64,000 nt of DNA from the IMG/VR virus record IMGVR_UViG_3300024513_000016, positions 1 through 64,000 of that record; one strand, 5' to 3'. This document shows, one piece after another, positions 8,926 through 16,558 of this stretch. Under the pieces are notes generated by a model. That model was not told the origin of the DNA, did no database searches, and was given only the letters and a program-made list of their open reading frames with translations. A program made the position numbers and the translations under genes. The stretch comes from a virus. Positions within the stretch are counted from its first letter, which is position 1. Each line of letters opens with the position of its first letter.

Positions 8926-9070
8926 TGTGTGTGCTCTCTGTAAATAATGATTTGAAATACTGATTATAACGAAAAAATCGTGAAAGACTTGGGGTAACAC
9001 CAAGACTCTCACAACATCTTATATATGAGACAAATTCATACCAAGGTGCAGTCTCATCAGTATCAGTCAT
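8915..9070 (-). CDS. Small hypothetical protein (51 aa, MTDTDETAPWYEFVSYIRCCESLG...), not in ORF track
   Basis: Translated by hand; ATGA overlap with upstream gene. Confidence 0.7.
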   Translation of the reverse strand: MTDTDETAPWYEFVSYIRCCESLGVTPSLSRFFRYNQYFKSLFTESTHNET

Positions 9071-9279
9071 AGTTTTCCACCAACTACTCCTTCATATTTA
9101 ACAGTATTTTCAGACCACCCTTCTTGAATACCTTTTAGATAAAAACGAGTTGCATTTATACATTGTTCTTCAGTCAATGAAGTTACAATACATTTGCCTT
9201 CCTTATTATAAGAGTCCCAGGTTCCCCACTTCTTTTGTTCTACACGAAAACAATCATCAATCCAAGTATACTCTTCCAT
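9067..9279 (-). CDS. Hypothetical protein (conserved cyanophage type)
   Basis: WIDDCFRV...YEGVVGGKL. Confidence 0.75.
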   Translation of the reverse strand: MEEYTWIDDCFRVEQKKWGTWDSYNKEGKCIVTSLTEEQCINATRFYLKGIQEGWSENTVKYEGVVGGKL

Positions 9280-9443
9280 TAAATTACAACTCCATATTTT
9301 TCACGTAAGATCTTTTTATAAGGTAAACCTTCCTTTTTCAAATCTCTTACTAGTTTAAGTTTTTGATATAGTTGAACATTTCCTCCAACTCCAAGTGCAT
9401 AAAGAATTGTATCCAATTCTTTATCATCAATAGGTAAATCCAT
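9279..9443 (-). CDS. Small hypothetical protein (54 aa, MDLPIDDKEL...), not in ORF track
   Basis: Translated by hand; TAATG coupling. Confidence 0.7.
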   Translation of the reverse strand: MDLPIDDKELDTILYALGVGGNVQLYQKLKLVRDLKKEGLPYKKILREKYGVVI

Positions 9444-9448
9444 AAAAT

Positions 9449-9622
9449 TCAATCTTCAGAATCCAATCCTTCAATCATACTAACTGGAACTTCATTTCCT
9501 GCAATAGAGTAATAATGCTCACCTTCACGAATTCCAAGATATTGAAGATCGGAAAAAGTATGCTCTCTAAGGAGTGCCTGAAGTTGTAGATGCATTAATT
9601 CATTTTTGCTTGGCACTTTCAC
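9449..9622 (-). CDS. Hypothetical protein (likely GTG start near 9622)
   Basis: 3' part of track ORF 9449..9706. Confidence 0.6.
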   Translation of the reverse strand: MKVPSKNELMHLQLQALLREHTFSDLQYLGIREGEHYYSIAGNEVPVSMIEGLDSED

Positions 9623-9722
9623 TATTTTGTTTCTCTTGGTTTTGAATAAATTTTTTAAGTTCGGGAGTTTCTTCCCAAATCCAAACCGTTCCGTTTTTTT
9701 GTTCAAATGTTTTAGTTGCCAT
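9600..9722 (-). CDS. Small hypothetical protein (40 aa, MATKTFEQKNGTVWIWEETPELK...)
   Basis: Translated by hand; TAATG coupling. Confidence 0.55.
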   Translation of the reverse strand: MATKTFEQKNGTVWIWEETPELKKFIQNQEKQNSESAKQK

Positions 9723-9874
9723 TAGACATAATCTCCTACAATAAATTCTTCTTCAGTTACTTTACCATTTTCTATAAGATTTTCAATCATTTCCCAATAA
9801 ATCAGTGCTTGATCTTCATCTCCTTCAAACAATGCCTCTTTACGAAGTTCAATCAATTTGAGATAATCACTCAT
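9722..9874 (-). CDS. Small acidic hypothetical protein (50 aa)
   Basis: Translated by hand; GAGG before ATG. Confidence 0.6.
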   Translation of the reverse strand: MSDYLKLIELRKEALFEGDEDQALIYWEMIENLIENGKVTEEEFIVGDYV

Positions 9875-10085
9875 CCTCTAATTTAAGAAAACAGACACTA
9901 TTAAATTTACCATTCACTCCTTTTAAAGTCAATTTTGTATGATAAGAATGAACTTCAATTTTTTCTACAATATAAGTATTATTTTTAATTAGAATCCCAT
10001 TTGGGTCATCATTATTTCCCCAATTAATTTGTTCCTTTAAACATCCAATAAAGACTACAATATCTCCCTCAATAATCTTCTTCAT
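9867..10085 (-). CDS. Hypothetical protein
   Basis: ORF in operon. Confidence 0.7.
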   Translation of the reverse strand: MKKIIEGDIVVFIGCLKEQINWGNNDDPNGILIKNNTYIVEKIEVHSYHTKLTLKGVNGKFNSVCFLKLEDE

Positions 10086-10356
10086 CTATAATTTCCCATT
10101 CTAAATCATAGTTAATTGCTTCAATATATTCTCTTACTGCTTCAATTGGATTTTCCATATAAATTCCAGATCCAATATCACTTATATGCTCAGCAACATC
10201 AGAAAGATTTACTAAAGCATAGCATACTGCTGGACCATATTCGTCAGGTTCAAATCTAGTTTGCCTATGTGTCAAAACCATGTCTTCGACAATTGCCTTT
10301 ACATAAGCAGTCTCATAATTTTCAAGACTTACTTCAAGAATTTCTACGTTAGACAT
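10069..10356 (-). CDS. Acidic hypothetical protein
   Basis: D/E-rich ORF. Confidence 0.7.
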   Translation of the reverse strand: MSNVEILEVSLENYETAYVKAIVEDMVLTHRQTRFEPDEYGPAVCYALVNLSDVAEHISDIGSGIYMENPIEAVREYIEAINYDLEWEIIDEEDY

Positions 10357-10360
10357 AAAC

Positions 10361-10669
10361 TCACATTACAATTTTTGTAGTCTCACCTGGACAAACATCT
10401 GGTGTTTCTAGATTCTGAAACATTAAATGTGGTCCATGATAATAAATGTAAACATCACTTAAATCTTCCATGGTAAGATTAGGATATTTCTTCAAAACAT
10501 CCTTCTGACTTAATCCTGAATTTGCAAGATTTGCTATAGTTTTTACTAAAACTTCAGTTCCACGAATGCATGGTTTTCCACCACAACGATTTTTTTGAAT
10601 CGTGATCCGAGGACACAAATAGGATACAGGATACTCTTTAGTAAATTCAAATTCCATTTTCATCTTCAC
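10361..10669 (-). CDS. DUF433-domain (antitoxin-like wHTH) protein
   Basis: RITIQKNRCGGKPCIRGT.V.V..I.....SG.S...VL..YP.LT.EDL. Confidence 0.85.
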   Translation of the reverse strand: MKMKMEFEFTKEYPVSYLCPRITIQKNRCGGKPCIRGTEVLVKTIANLANSGLSQKDVLKKYPNLTMEDLSDVYIYYHGPHLMFQNLETPDVCPGETTKIVM

Positions 10670-10940
10670 TCAAATCTTCATTGTAAAATTCCTTGGTATA
10701 AAATTCACATCCATCGTAGAAAGATTTTTCACAATATCCAACTGCTAGTACATATGACTTAAAAAGATTAAACAATTGCCAAATAGTCATGTCATCATCA
10801 TTGGATGTAATTGTTACATTCTGATCACGCAGACTTCCCTCATAAATTTTAAGTGGAGGGTTATCATTCTTATAAATGTAAGAAAATGTGTGTGTAACTG
10901 ATGTATCGAAATTCATAGATCTCCTTTTATCTATAACCAT
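10647..10940 (-). CDS. Hypothetical protein
   Basis: ORF; real start probably the ATG at 10916 after AGGAG. Confidence 0.65.
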   Translation of the reverse strand: MVIDKRRSMNFDTSVTHTFSYIYKNDNPPLKIYEGSLRDQNVTITSNDDDMTIWQLFNLFKSYVLAVGYCEKSFYDGCEFYTKEFYNEDLSEDENGI

Positions 10941-10967
10941 TATACGACGTTATGGGTGACATCTCAA
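10939..10967 (-). promoter_or_regulatory. Sigma70-type early promoter
   Basis: TTGAGA-17 nt-TATAAT. Confidence 0.7.
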
Positions 10968-10968
10968 G

Positions 10969-11208
10969 TCACTTTGTGCCAGAGTCTGGATCGTCCACCT
11001 TACCATAAGACATCATTTTAAGATGCTTTTGATATGAAATTTTTTTGTATCTTTTCGCAATAGGATCAGGAATCCAATGGACTTCAACATAATCTGCACG
11101 TTGAAGTTTCATGAATTCTTCTAAAGTTGAATGAAAAAATCCAAGTTGAACATTTCCATCATGAGTTATCAATGTAGTTTCACTGGTGCGAACAACATAT
11201 AAAGTCAA
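10969..11208 (-). CDS. Hypothetical protein
   Basis: ORF in operon. Confidence 0.6.
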   Translation of the reverse strand: MTLYVVRTSETTLITHDGNVQLGFFHSTLEEFMKLQRADYVEVHWIPDPIAKRYKKISYQKHLKMMSYGKVDDPDSGTK

Positions 11209-11435
11209 TCTTCAAATTCCTTTCTCAGTTGCTTTGCAATTTTAGCATATTCCCACCTTTTGATCAAATTTGTAATGGGGTTTTTAGGATGAAATCTTAT
11301 CATCCAGTAAAATCTTTTTGTATTTACTTCTAAAAGTTTATACAACAAAATTACATACTTTGCAACACTTTCATCTGTTGCTATAAAGTATGCAATTACA
11401 GAAAATATTGACAACCATACGTAATATGTGGTCAT
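11205..11435 (-). CDS. Small membrane protein
   Basis: Hydrophobic N-terminus. Confidence 0.7.
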   Translation of the reverse strand: MTTYYVWLSIFSVIAYFIATDESVAKYVILLYKLLEVNTKRFYWMIRFHPKNPITNLIKRWEYAKIAKQLRKEFED

Positions 11436-11436
11436 A

Positions 11437-11631
11437 TTATTTTTTTAAATTGTCTATTATATATTGAAATTTTTTTGCCTTTGATTTATGATCAGAAGCA
11501 AATTCATTTAAGATATCTAATATATCGTCTAAAACAACTTCTGGAGAAATCTCGTCGTCAAAATACTTTTGTATTGCTTCAGACAAGTAACGTTTTCTAC
11601 TCCATTCTATTGTATAAGGTTTGTAGTCCAT
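11437..11631 (-). CDS. Hypothetical protein (conserved cyanophage type)
   Basis: YKPY..EW.R.RYL.EAI..YFD; directly behind a promoter. Confidence 0.75.
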   Translation of the reverse strand: MDYKPYTIEWSRKRYLSEAIQKYFDDEISPEVVLDDILDILNEFASDHKSKAKKFQYIIDNLKK

Positions 11632-11653
11632 TCTAAAAAGTCATATAGTTCAA

Positions 11654-11682
11654 ACTATAGAATATCTATTTTTCGTTGTCAA
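11654..11682 (-). promoter_or_regulatory. Sigma70-type early promoter
   Basis: TTGACA-17 nt-TATAGT. Confidence 0.75.
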
Positions 11683-11812
11683 GTTCTTTTAAATAATCCG
11701 TCCACCATTTTGGATCTTTCTGACACTTCCAGTTGGGAACTTCCTTTCCCATCTCAAAATACCATTCCCATATTGCTTGATCAATAATATCTGCGACTTC
11801 AATCTTCCTCAT
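11666..11812 (-). CDS. Small hypothetical protein (likely start MRKIEVA)
   Basis: 3' part of track ORF 11666..11902; Trp-rich. Confidence 0.6.
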   Translation of the reverse strand: MRKIEVADIIDQAIWEWYFEMGKEVPNWKCQKDPKWWTDYLKELDNEK

Positions 11813-11990
11813 CCTCTTTATCAACATCTGCATATGCTCCCTCCACGTAAGGTCCGTGTTCTCGTTTGGCATCTTCTCTGACATAATTGATCTCCGAAGC
11901 ACTAGAGGACAACCATAAAGATACTTTCATAATCACATAAATGATTGCAAGGGGGAGAAAACATAGTGAAAGGATGATAGTATTTTTCAT
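11799..11990 (-). CDS. Small membrane protein with acidic tail
   Basis: N-terminal TM helix; ATGA overlap. Confidence 0.7.
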   Translation of the reverse strand: MKNTIILSLCFLPLAIIYVIMKVSLWLSSSASEINYVREDAKREHGPYVEGAYADVDKEDEED

Positions 11991-12187
11991 TGATTTTTTC
12001 TGTCATATTGATGCCATTTACACCAACCATCTGGTGAGATTTTACCACTTACTGCAGTGCAAGCATTTGGAGGTCTCCACATGTTACAATTGGAACATTT
12101 TTCATTTCCTTTTGGTTCATTTTGATATTTTGCAATCGATTTAGATGCTTTTTCTTCCTCGAAAAGAAATTCTTTAAATGTTTTCAT
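11987..12187 (-). CDS. High-potential iron-sulfur protein (HiPIP) domain with capsid-targeting-like leader
   Basis: YQxxPKG-x3-C31xxC34-x8-C43-xxVxGxISPxGW-C56: four cluster cysteines and conserved Y/W; N-terminus MKTFKEFLFEEE in place of a Tat signal. Confidence 0.8.
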   Translation of the reverse strand: MKTFKEFLFEEEKASKSIAKYQNEPKGNEKCSNCNMWRPPNACTAVSGKISPDGWCKWHQYDRKNQ

Positions 12188-12405
12188 TCATCAATTTCCC
12201 AACATTTTTCGAATTTATATCTTAGTTCGTTAAGTTTCATTTCTTCCCAATACTTTAACAGATGTTGATTTATTTCCTTCTCCTGCTCACTAAACTCTAA
12301 TCGATATTTATGTTTAATATTTATTAAATGTGCCATATCATCCAAAAAAGTAGTTGGCATATCCAAAAACTCTTCATAATCCATCTTTAATCTCTTTGAC
12401 GCCAA
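12184..12405 (-). CDS. Hypothetical protein
   Basis: ORF in operon. Confidence 0.65.
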   Translation of the reverse strand: MASKRLKMDYEEFLDMPTTFLDDMAHLINIKHKYRLEFSEQEKEINQHLLKYWEEMKLNELRYKFEKCWEIDE

Positions 12406-12707
12406 TCATCGGGTTTATCTTCCGTCCACCAATCTATCATATCATCAATATCATCAAATCCTCTTTTTCCAAATCTTTCGTGCCCTAATCCACCAATATC
12501 AAGTTGATTCAAAAAATCATCCATATCACCTTCTTGCATATCAGGATTTTCTGCCTTTCTCCTAGCCTGACGAAGTATAGTAGAAGCAGAACGATTTGAT
12601 TTTGCAAGTTTTTCGGCCCAAATCATGTCCTCTAAACTTACTTCTTGATGTAAAGCAATCTTTTTACAAATTGCTTCAAGACGAAGACGATATTGTGTAG
12701 ATAGCAT
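12387..12707 (-). CDS. Conserved cyanophage hypothetical protein
   Basis: MLSTQYRLRLEAIC...WAEKLAK; CTAAATA at 12729-12735. Confidence 0.8.
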   Translation of the reverse strand: MLSTQYRLRLEAICKKIALHQEVSLEDMIWAEKLAKSNRSASTILRQARRKAENPDMQEGDMDDFLNQLDIGGLGHERFGKRGFDDIDDMIDWWTEDKPDDWRQRD

Positions 12708-12739
12708 AAATTACTCCAGATATAGGGTTATTTAGATTA

Positions 12740-12940
12740 TCAAACAAATTTACGAATAGTTTTCAAATAGTCTAAAACATTTTCCCTAATTTCCATAAAT
12801 TCATTATAACATTTTTGATCATGTGAACATTGACGAAGTTCCTGATCTGGTTTTAATACAGATTCCACAAAGAGATCCAAACCTCTGTTCCATTTTATGT
12901 CTTTAGATTCTTCACTATAACTTAATTGTTGATTGTTCAT
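12740..12940 (-). CDS. Conserved cyanophage hypothetical protein
   Basis: KWNRGLDLFVESVLKPD.ELRQC.H.Q.CY. Confidence 0.75.
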   Translation of the reverse strand: MNNQQLSYSEESKDIKWNRGLDLFVESVLKPDQELRQCSHDQKCYNEFMEIRENVLDYLKTIRKFV

Positions 12941-13101
12941 CTTTTTTCAATCCTAATGGGACAAGATGGAATAGTTTTCTTTACTTCCAAAACAATTTCA
13001 TTTTTTTGTTGTTCGGTAAGACCTACTATTTTTTGCAACCTATTGATAATACTAAGTGCCTGAGTACAGGAAATCACGGTTGTAGAAATTAATACAACCA
13101 T
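12937..13101 (-). CDS. Small hypothetical protein (54 aa), not in ORF track
   Basis: Translated by hand; ATGA overlap. Confidence 0.65.
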   Translation of the reverse strand: MVVLISTTVISCTQALSIINRLQKIVGLTEQQKNEIVLEVKKTIPSCPIRIEKR

Positions 13102-13135
13102 AACTTTCGATATATACTGTTAATATTTAACAATG

Positions 13136-13312
13136 TCACCAACTATCCTTTTCTTTTTTTCTAAGTGATTTTAATTCTTGATATAAAGACTTAACCTGTT
13201 GATGTGCATCTTCTGGACTTAATTTTCCAGAAATTTCGAGTCCTGCTATAATAGCAACACGATCGCCAAAATTTGCAAGTGCTATTTCATATGGGGAAAG
13301 TTCTTTATACAT
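13136..13312 (-). CDS. Small hypothetical protein (58 aa, MYKELSPYEIALANFGDRV...), not in ORF track
   Basis: Translated by hand. Confidence 0.7.
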   Translation of the reverse strand: MYKELSPYEIALANFGDRVAIIAGLEISGKLSPEDAHQQVKSLYQELKSLRKKEKDSW

Positions 13313-13314
13313 TT

Positions 13315-13518
13315 TTAAAATCCTTTTTTTGTTGATTTATCGTGAACAGTGATAATATCTAAAAAATCTGGAATTCTGCAATTTTCAAACCAAAAATTTC
13401 TTACATCTTCATAATAATCAAACTTCTTTGTTGTATTATTTTTTAATAATACTTTATAATAATGTCTATCATAAAGACCATCCGAAGTTTGAGAAAACAA
13501 ACTTGGTAAATTAACCAT
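13315..13518 (-). CDS. Hypothetical protein
   Basis: Coupled ORF ending KKGF. Confidence 0.7.
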   Translation of the reverse strand: MVNLPSLFSQTSDGLYDRHYYKVLLKNNTTKKFDYYEDVRNFWFENCRIPDFLDIITVHDKSTKKGF

Positions 13519-13754
13519 TATGCAACCAAAAGCAAATCATCAGACCAAACTGGAATAAACGAATTCCAATCCAATTCTTTATCTTCAAGATAATAGCACA
13601 GTTCATCCTCATCTTCAGGAAGTTGTTCAGAATTCAAAAGAAAGAAGTCTGAAATTCCCAATGTTTGTTTCCCATCTTCATCTTCAATGGTAGCAACCAC
13701 TTCTACATGATTTTTAATTTGACGAACAGTTTCAATAAGATTCACGTAAATCAT
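13518..13754 (-). CDS. Acidic hypothetical protein
   Basis: Coupled ORF. Confidence 0.7.
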   Translation of the reverse strand: MIYVNLIETVRQIKNHVEVVATIEDEDGKQTLGISDFFLLNSEQLPEDEDELCYYLEDKELDWNSFIPVWSDDLLLVA

Positions 13755-13951
13755 TTTTTAGTTTTCCTCTGTTGTTTGGCAATAAAGTTTTTTGCAGATT
13801 GTAGATTATTAGCTGTATGGACTTGATATCCATTATTAATAATCACATATTTAGTGTTACCATATGGAATTGCAGCCCACATTCCATCTCTAGTTACATA
13901 AGAAGAATAAGGTTCTGGTTCTTCCAAAGGTCTAAATGCAACAATGGTCAT
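13751..13951 (-). CDS. Hypothetical protein
   Basis: Coupled ORF, DGMWAAIPYG. Confidence 0.7.
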   Translation of the reverse strand: MTIVAFRPLEEPEPYSSYVTRDGMWAAIPYGNTKYVIINNGYQVHTANNLQSAKNFIAKQQRKTKK

Positions 13952-14088
13952 CGAGAGTAATCATCGAAATCAAGATCAAAGTATAGTTCTTCCAAGTCTT
14001 CGGTGTCAATTCCCAAATAACTTGCAAATTCATCCAGATCCTTGTTTTTAATTTCGGTTAAAATTTCTTGCTCTAACTGGTTGTTCAT
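13948..14088 (-). CDS. Small acidic protein (46 aa), not in ORF track
   Basis: Translated by hand: MNNQLEQEILTEIKNKDLDEFASYLGIDTEDLEELYFDLDFDDYSR. Confidence 0.65.
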   Translation of the reverse strand: MNNQLEQEILTEIKNKDLDEFASYLGIDTEDLEELYFDLDFDDYSR

Positions 14089-14103
14089 GAGACATTTTCT
14101 CCA

Positions 14104-14253
14104 TTAGTATCCATATCTGGAGATCATATCATCCATTCGATCATTATCACGATATTCATCTTCGAAGTCTTCAAGATCTTCACTGCTTTCATTTACGAAA
14201 AGTTCTTCGTAAATTGTATCTGAATCTTTTTCTAGATAGATTTTTGAAGTCAT
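14104..14253 (-). CDS. Small highly acidic protein (49 aa, likely start MTSKIY)
   Basis: First ORF behind the promoter at 14319-14347. Confidence 0.65.
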   Translation of the reverse strand: MTSKIYLEKDSDTIYEELFVNESSEDLEDFEDEYRDNDRMDDMISRYGY

Positions 14254-14318
14254 AAGAAGAAAGAAGGGTACAAGTTTATATAGTAGACACAATCACAGTT
14301 TTATGGTTGTGTCTTAAT

Positions 14319-14347
14319 ATCTTAACGATTGTATTCTCATATGTCAA
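14319..14347 (-). promoter_or_regulatory. Sigma70-type early promoter with 5' leader hairpin
   Basis: TTGACA-17 nt-TAAGAT; AGACACAA...TTGTGTCT inverted repeat at 14285-14314. Confidence 0.7.
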
Positions 14348-14412
14348 GATAAAAACCAAGATACCCCCCGTATGAAAAAATTAAAATAGTATATCAATAT
14401 TTTATTGCCTTA

Positions 14413-14682
14413 TCACTCTGCAGCAGGCCAAATGTCCTCAGCAAGTTTTGCTTCGCCAGTTGTAATTGCAGATTGTAGATCTGAAATATCTTCTCCAGAA
14501 TTAACAATTTCTTCATCAGAAACAACAAGTTTCAGATGCCCAACATTACGTTCAATATTAGATTTTAATTCTTTAGAAGGTGTTTTTCCCCCATCTAATT
14601 TTGCAATAGTATCTTCAATCACCCAAACACTATCTCTAGCTGCAGTAATTGTTCGTAAAATTTGTTCTTGAGTTCTTTCCAT
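14413..14682 (-). CDS. Small helical hypothetical protein, last gene of the glycan cassette
   Basis: ORF abutting the sulfotransferase. Confidence 0.75.
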   Translation of the reverse strand: MERTQEQILRTITAARDSVWVIEDTIAKLDGGKTPSKELKSNIERNVGHLKLVVSDEEIVNSGEDISDLQSAITTGEAKLAEDIWPAAE

Positions 14683-14683
14683 T

Positions 14684-15598
14684 TTAAGATCCTATAAAGT
14701 TACTAGACTCTTCTGAGTCTTGATTGTTTATATTTATATTTATATTAACTTCACTATTTTTATCTAATTCAAGATCTCTCCAAAATTCAAGACCTTTACA
14801 TCTTGATAAAATACTTTCCGAGAGTACTTCTTCTGGAGGTAAAGAAGTTTTTTTCAATTCTTTTCTGACTTGATGCATATCACTCAAACCATAAGTAGCA
14901 GCATCATTCTCATTATTGATATTAATGAGATTATTGAATTCGTGTTCATAATATTCTTCATCGAGAAACTCATAAATTTCTTTCATCGTTTCTTCTGGAG
15001 AATTAACAAGATTATCGTATTCAACAAAATGTAAATATTTTTCTTGTCCTTTCATTAATACATTTCTAATTCCCAAATAACTTTGTCCAAGAATTCCAGA
15101 TTCACTAACAAGAAATTCACATCGATTATCATCTGTTAATGGAATATTAGATTTAATCAACATCTCATCAATAAAATTTATTTTTCCATTTACTTCATAT
15201 GGATTGCGATGATGTATCGAAATAAAAGATGCTAAAATTTCATCAATATTTCTAACGGGGCAAATAATCTTTGGTGTAATTCCTAAGTAACCTTCGATAT
15301 AATGAATTCGATTGACCCAAGATCTATTTTTATCAAAAATTACTGGTTTTTCTACATCATAATAATACTGTTGAATGATATTAGAAATAATCATCGATGC
15401 TTGTTCTGGTTTTGGATATGCCAAAAACAATTCATCCTGAGACAATTGTTGTTCTAGCATAGCCATTAACCCAGTTACAGGAGAACTGGGTCCAGAATAA
15501 AATCTTGGATTTTGATTTAAAATACTAGATAAAATTGTGCTTCCCGAACGAGGAAGTCCTGCCATAAAATAATATGTTTTTTGCATGGGTTCTGTCAT
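14684..15598 (-). CDS. PAPS-dependent sulfotransferase
   Basis: 5'-PSB loop GLPRSGST.LSSIL, FDKNR.W, 3'-PB motif PVRN..EILAS, VEYDNLV..P. Confidence 0.9.
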   Translation of the reverse strand: MTEPMQKTYYFMAGLPRSGSTILSSILNQNPRFYSGPSSPVTGLMAMLEQQLSQDELFLAYPKPEQASMIISNIIQQYYYDVEKPVIFDKNRSWVNRIHYIEGYLGITPKIICPVRNIDEILASFISIHHRNPYEVNGKINFIDEMLIKSNIPLTDDNRCEFLVSESGILGQSYLGIRNVLMKGQEKYLHFVEYDNLVNSPEETMKEIYEFLDEEYYEHEFNNLININNENDAATYGLSDMHQVRKELKKTSLPPEEVLSESILSRCKGLEFWRDLELDKNSEVNINININNQDSEESSNFIGS

Positions 15599-15607
15599 GG
15601 TGTTAAT

Positions 15608-16510
15608 TTACTGAGCATCAACGGATTTAACAATTTCATGGAAATCGAATAGTTCTATCCCTTCTTCGTAGGGATACTCAACTTCATTACCATTAAAATC
15701 AAAATCAAAAAGATAACTTCCTGGCAATTTAAAATCATATGGTACTGTTGTGCAGATATTGTGGTGAATATCATATCCAAATACTTTTGGACTAGTCCCA
15801 TTCCACAAAACTGTCGATGATTTATTTAGGGCAGCAGATGCATGTTGCACACAGGAATCAATTAAGATTCTTTTTTTTGCATGGAGGACAATACTAAAAT
15901 ACTCCATTAAACTTAATGAGTTTTCTGGTGTTGCAAAAATATGTTCTGCACCCTCTAACTTTGGAGAATTAATTTTTGTAAGTTGAATAATATGATATTC
16001 TGATTTGTAATAATCCGCAAGTCTTTCTGCGAGATCAAATGGCATATCTCTTGTCCAGGAATATGGTTTTGCATCGGCAGTCATGAGTCCACCATTAGTG
16101 TGGATAATCATGACTGGTTTTTCTCTCTGCCAAAATTCCTTTGATATACTATGTTGAAGTTTATTAAATCTTATTTCTGGTTTTTCTCCAGAATATTTGA
16201 TGCCATACAAATCACACCAATTCTCGATTAAACGTTTGCGTTTGTGAATATGGTTAGTTGTATAATATGGTTCATTATGGAATAAAATAGAATCTTTATC
16301 TTGAATATATTCTTGATAAAAATATTGCGTCGATCCTAGAGTATAAACTCTATGAACATACGGAAGATTTATAAAAATATCCGCATATGCACAGACTACA
16401 ACTAGTTTTCTATCTGGATGGTTTGCTTTAATTGCTTTTGCTACTGCAGTTGCTGCAATGTGCTTACCAATGCCACCTTGAACATGAAAAATACTATACT
16501 TTGATTTCAT
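15608..16510 (-). CDS. GT-B fold glycosyltransferase (GT9/heptosyltransferase-like)
   Basis: GGIGKHIAATA..KAIK..HP; LIDSC.QHA.AAL...STVLW..T.P. Confidence 0.75.
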   Translation of the reverse strand: MKSKYSIFHVQGGIGKHIAATAVAKAIKANHPDRKLVVVCAYADIFINLPYVHRVYTLGSTQYFYQEYIQDKDSILFHNEPYYTTNHIHKRKRLIENWCDLYGIKYSGEKPEIRFNKLQHSISKEFWQREKPVMIIHTNGGLMTADAKPYSWTRDMPFDLAERLADYYKSEYHIIQLTKINSPKLEGAEHIFATPENSLSLMEYFSIVLHAKKRILIDSCVQHASAALNKSSTVLWNGTSPKVFGYDIHHNICTTVPYDFKLPGSYLFDFDFNGNEVEYPYEEGIELFDFHEIVKSVDAQ

Positions 16511-16558
16511 ACCGAATAATCAATTTATCTAAACTATGTATAACGATATTATGATCGA

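Noticed and set aside
9025-9062. CUGAUGAG on the minus strand as a hammerhead ribozyme core
   Set aside because: No matching GAAA core or stems; it lies inside the 51-aa ORF 8915..9070.
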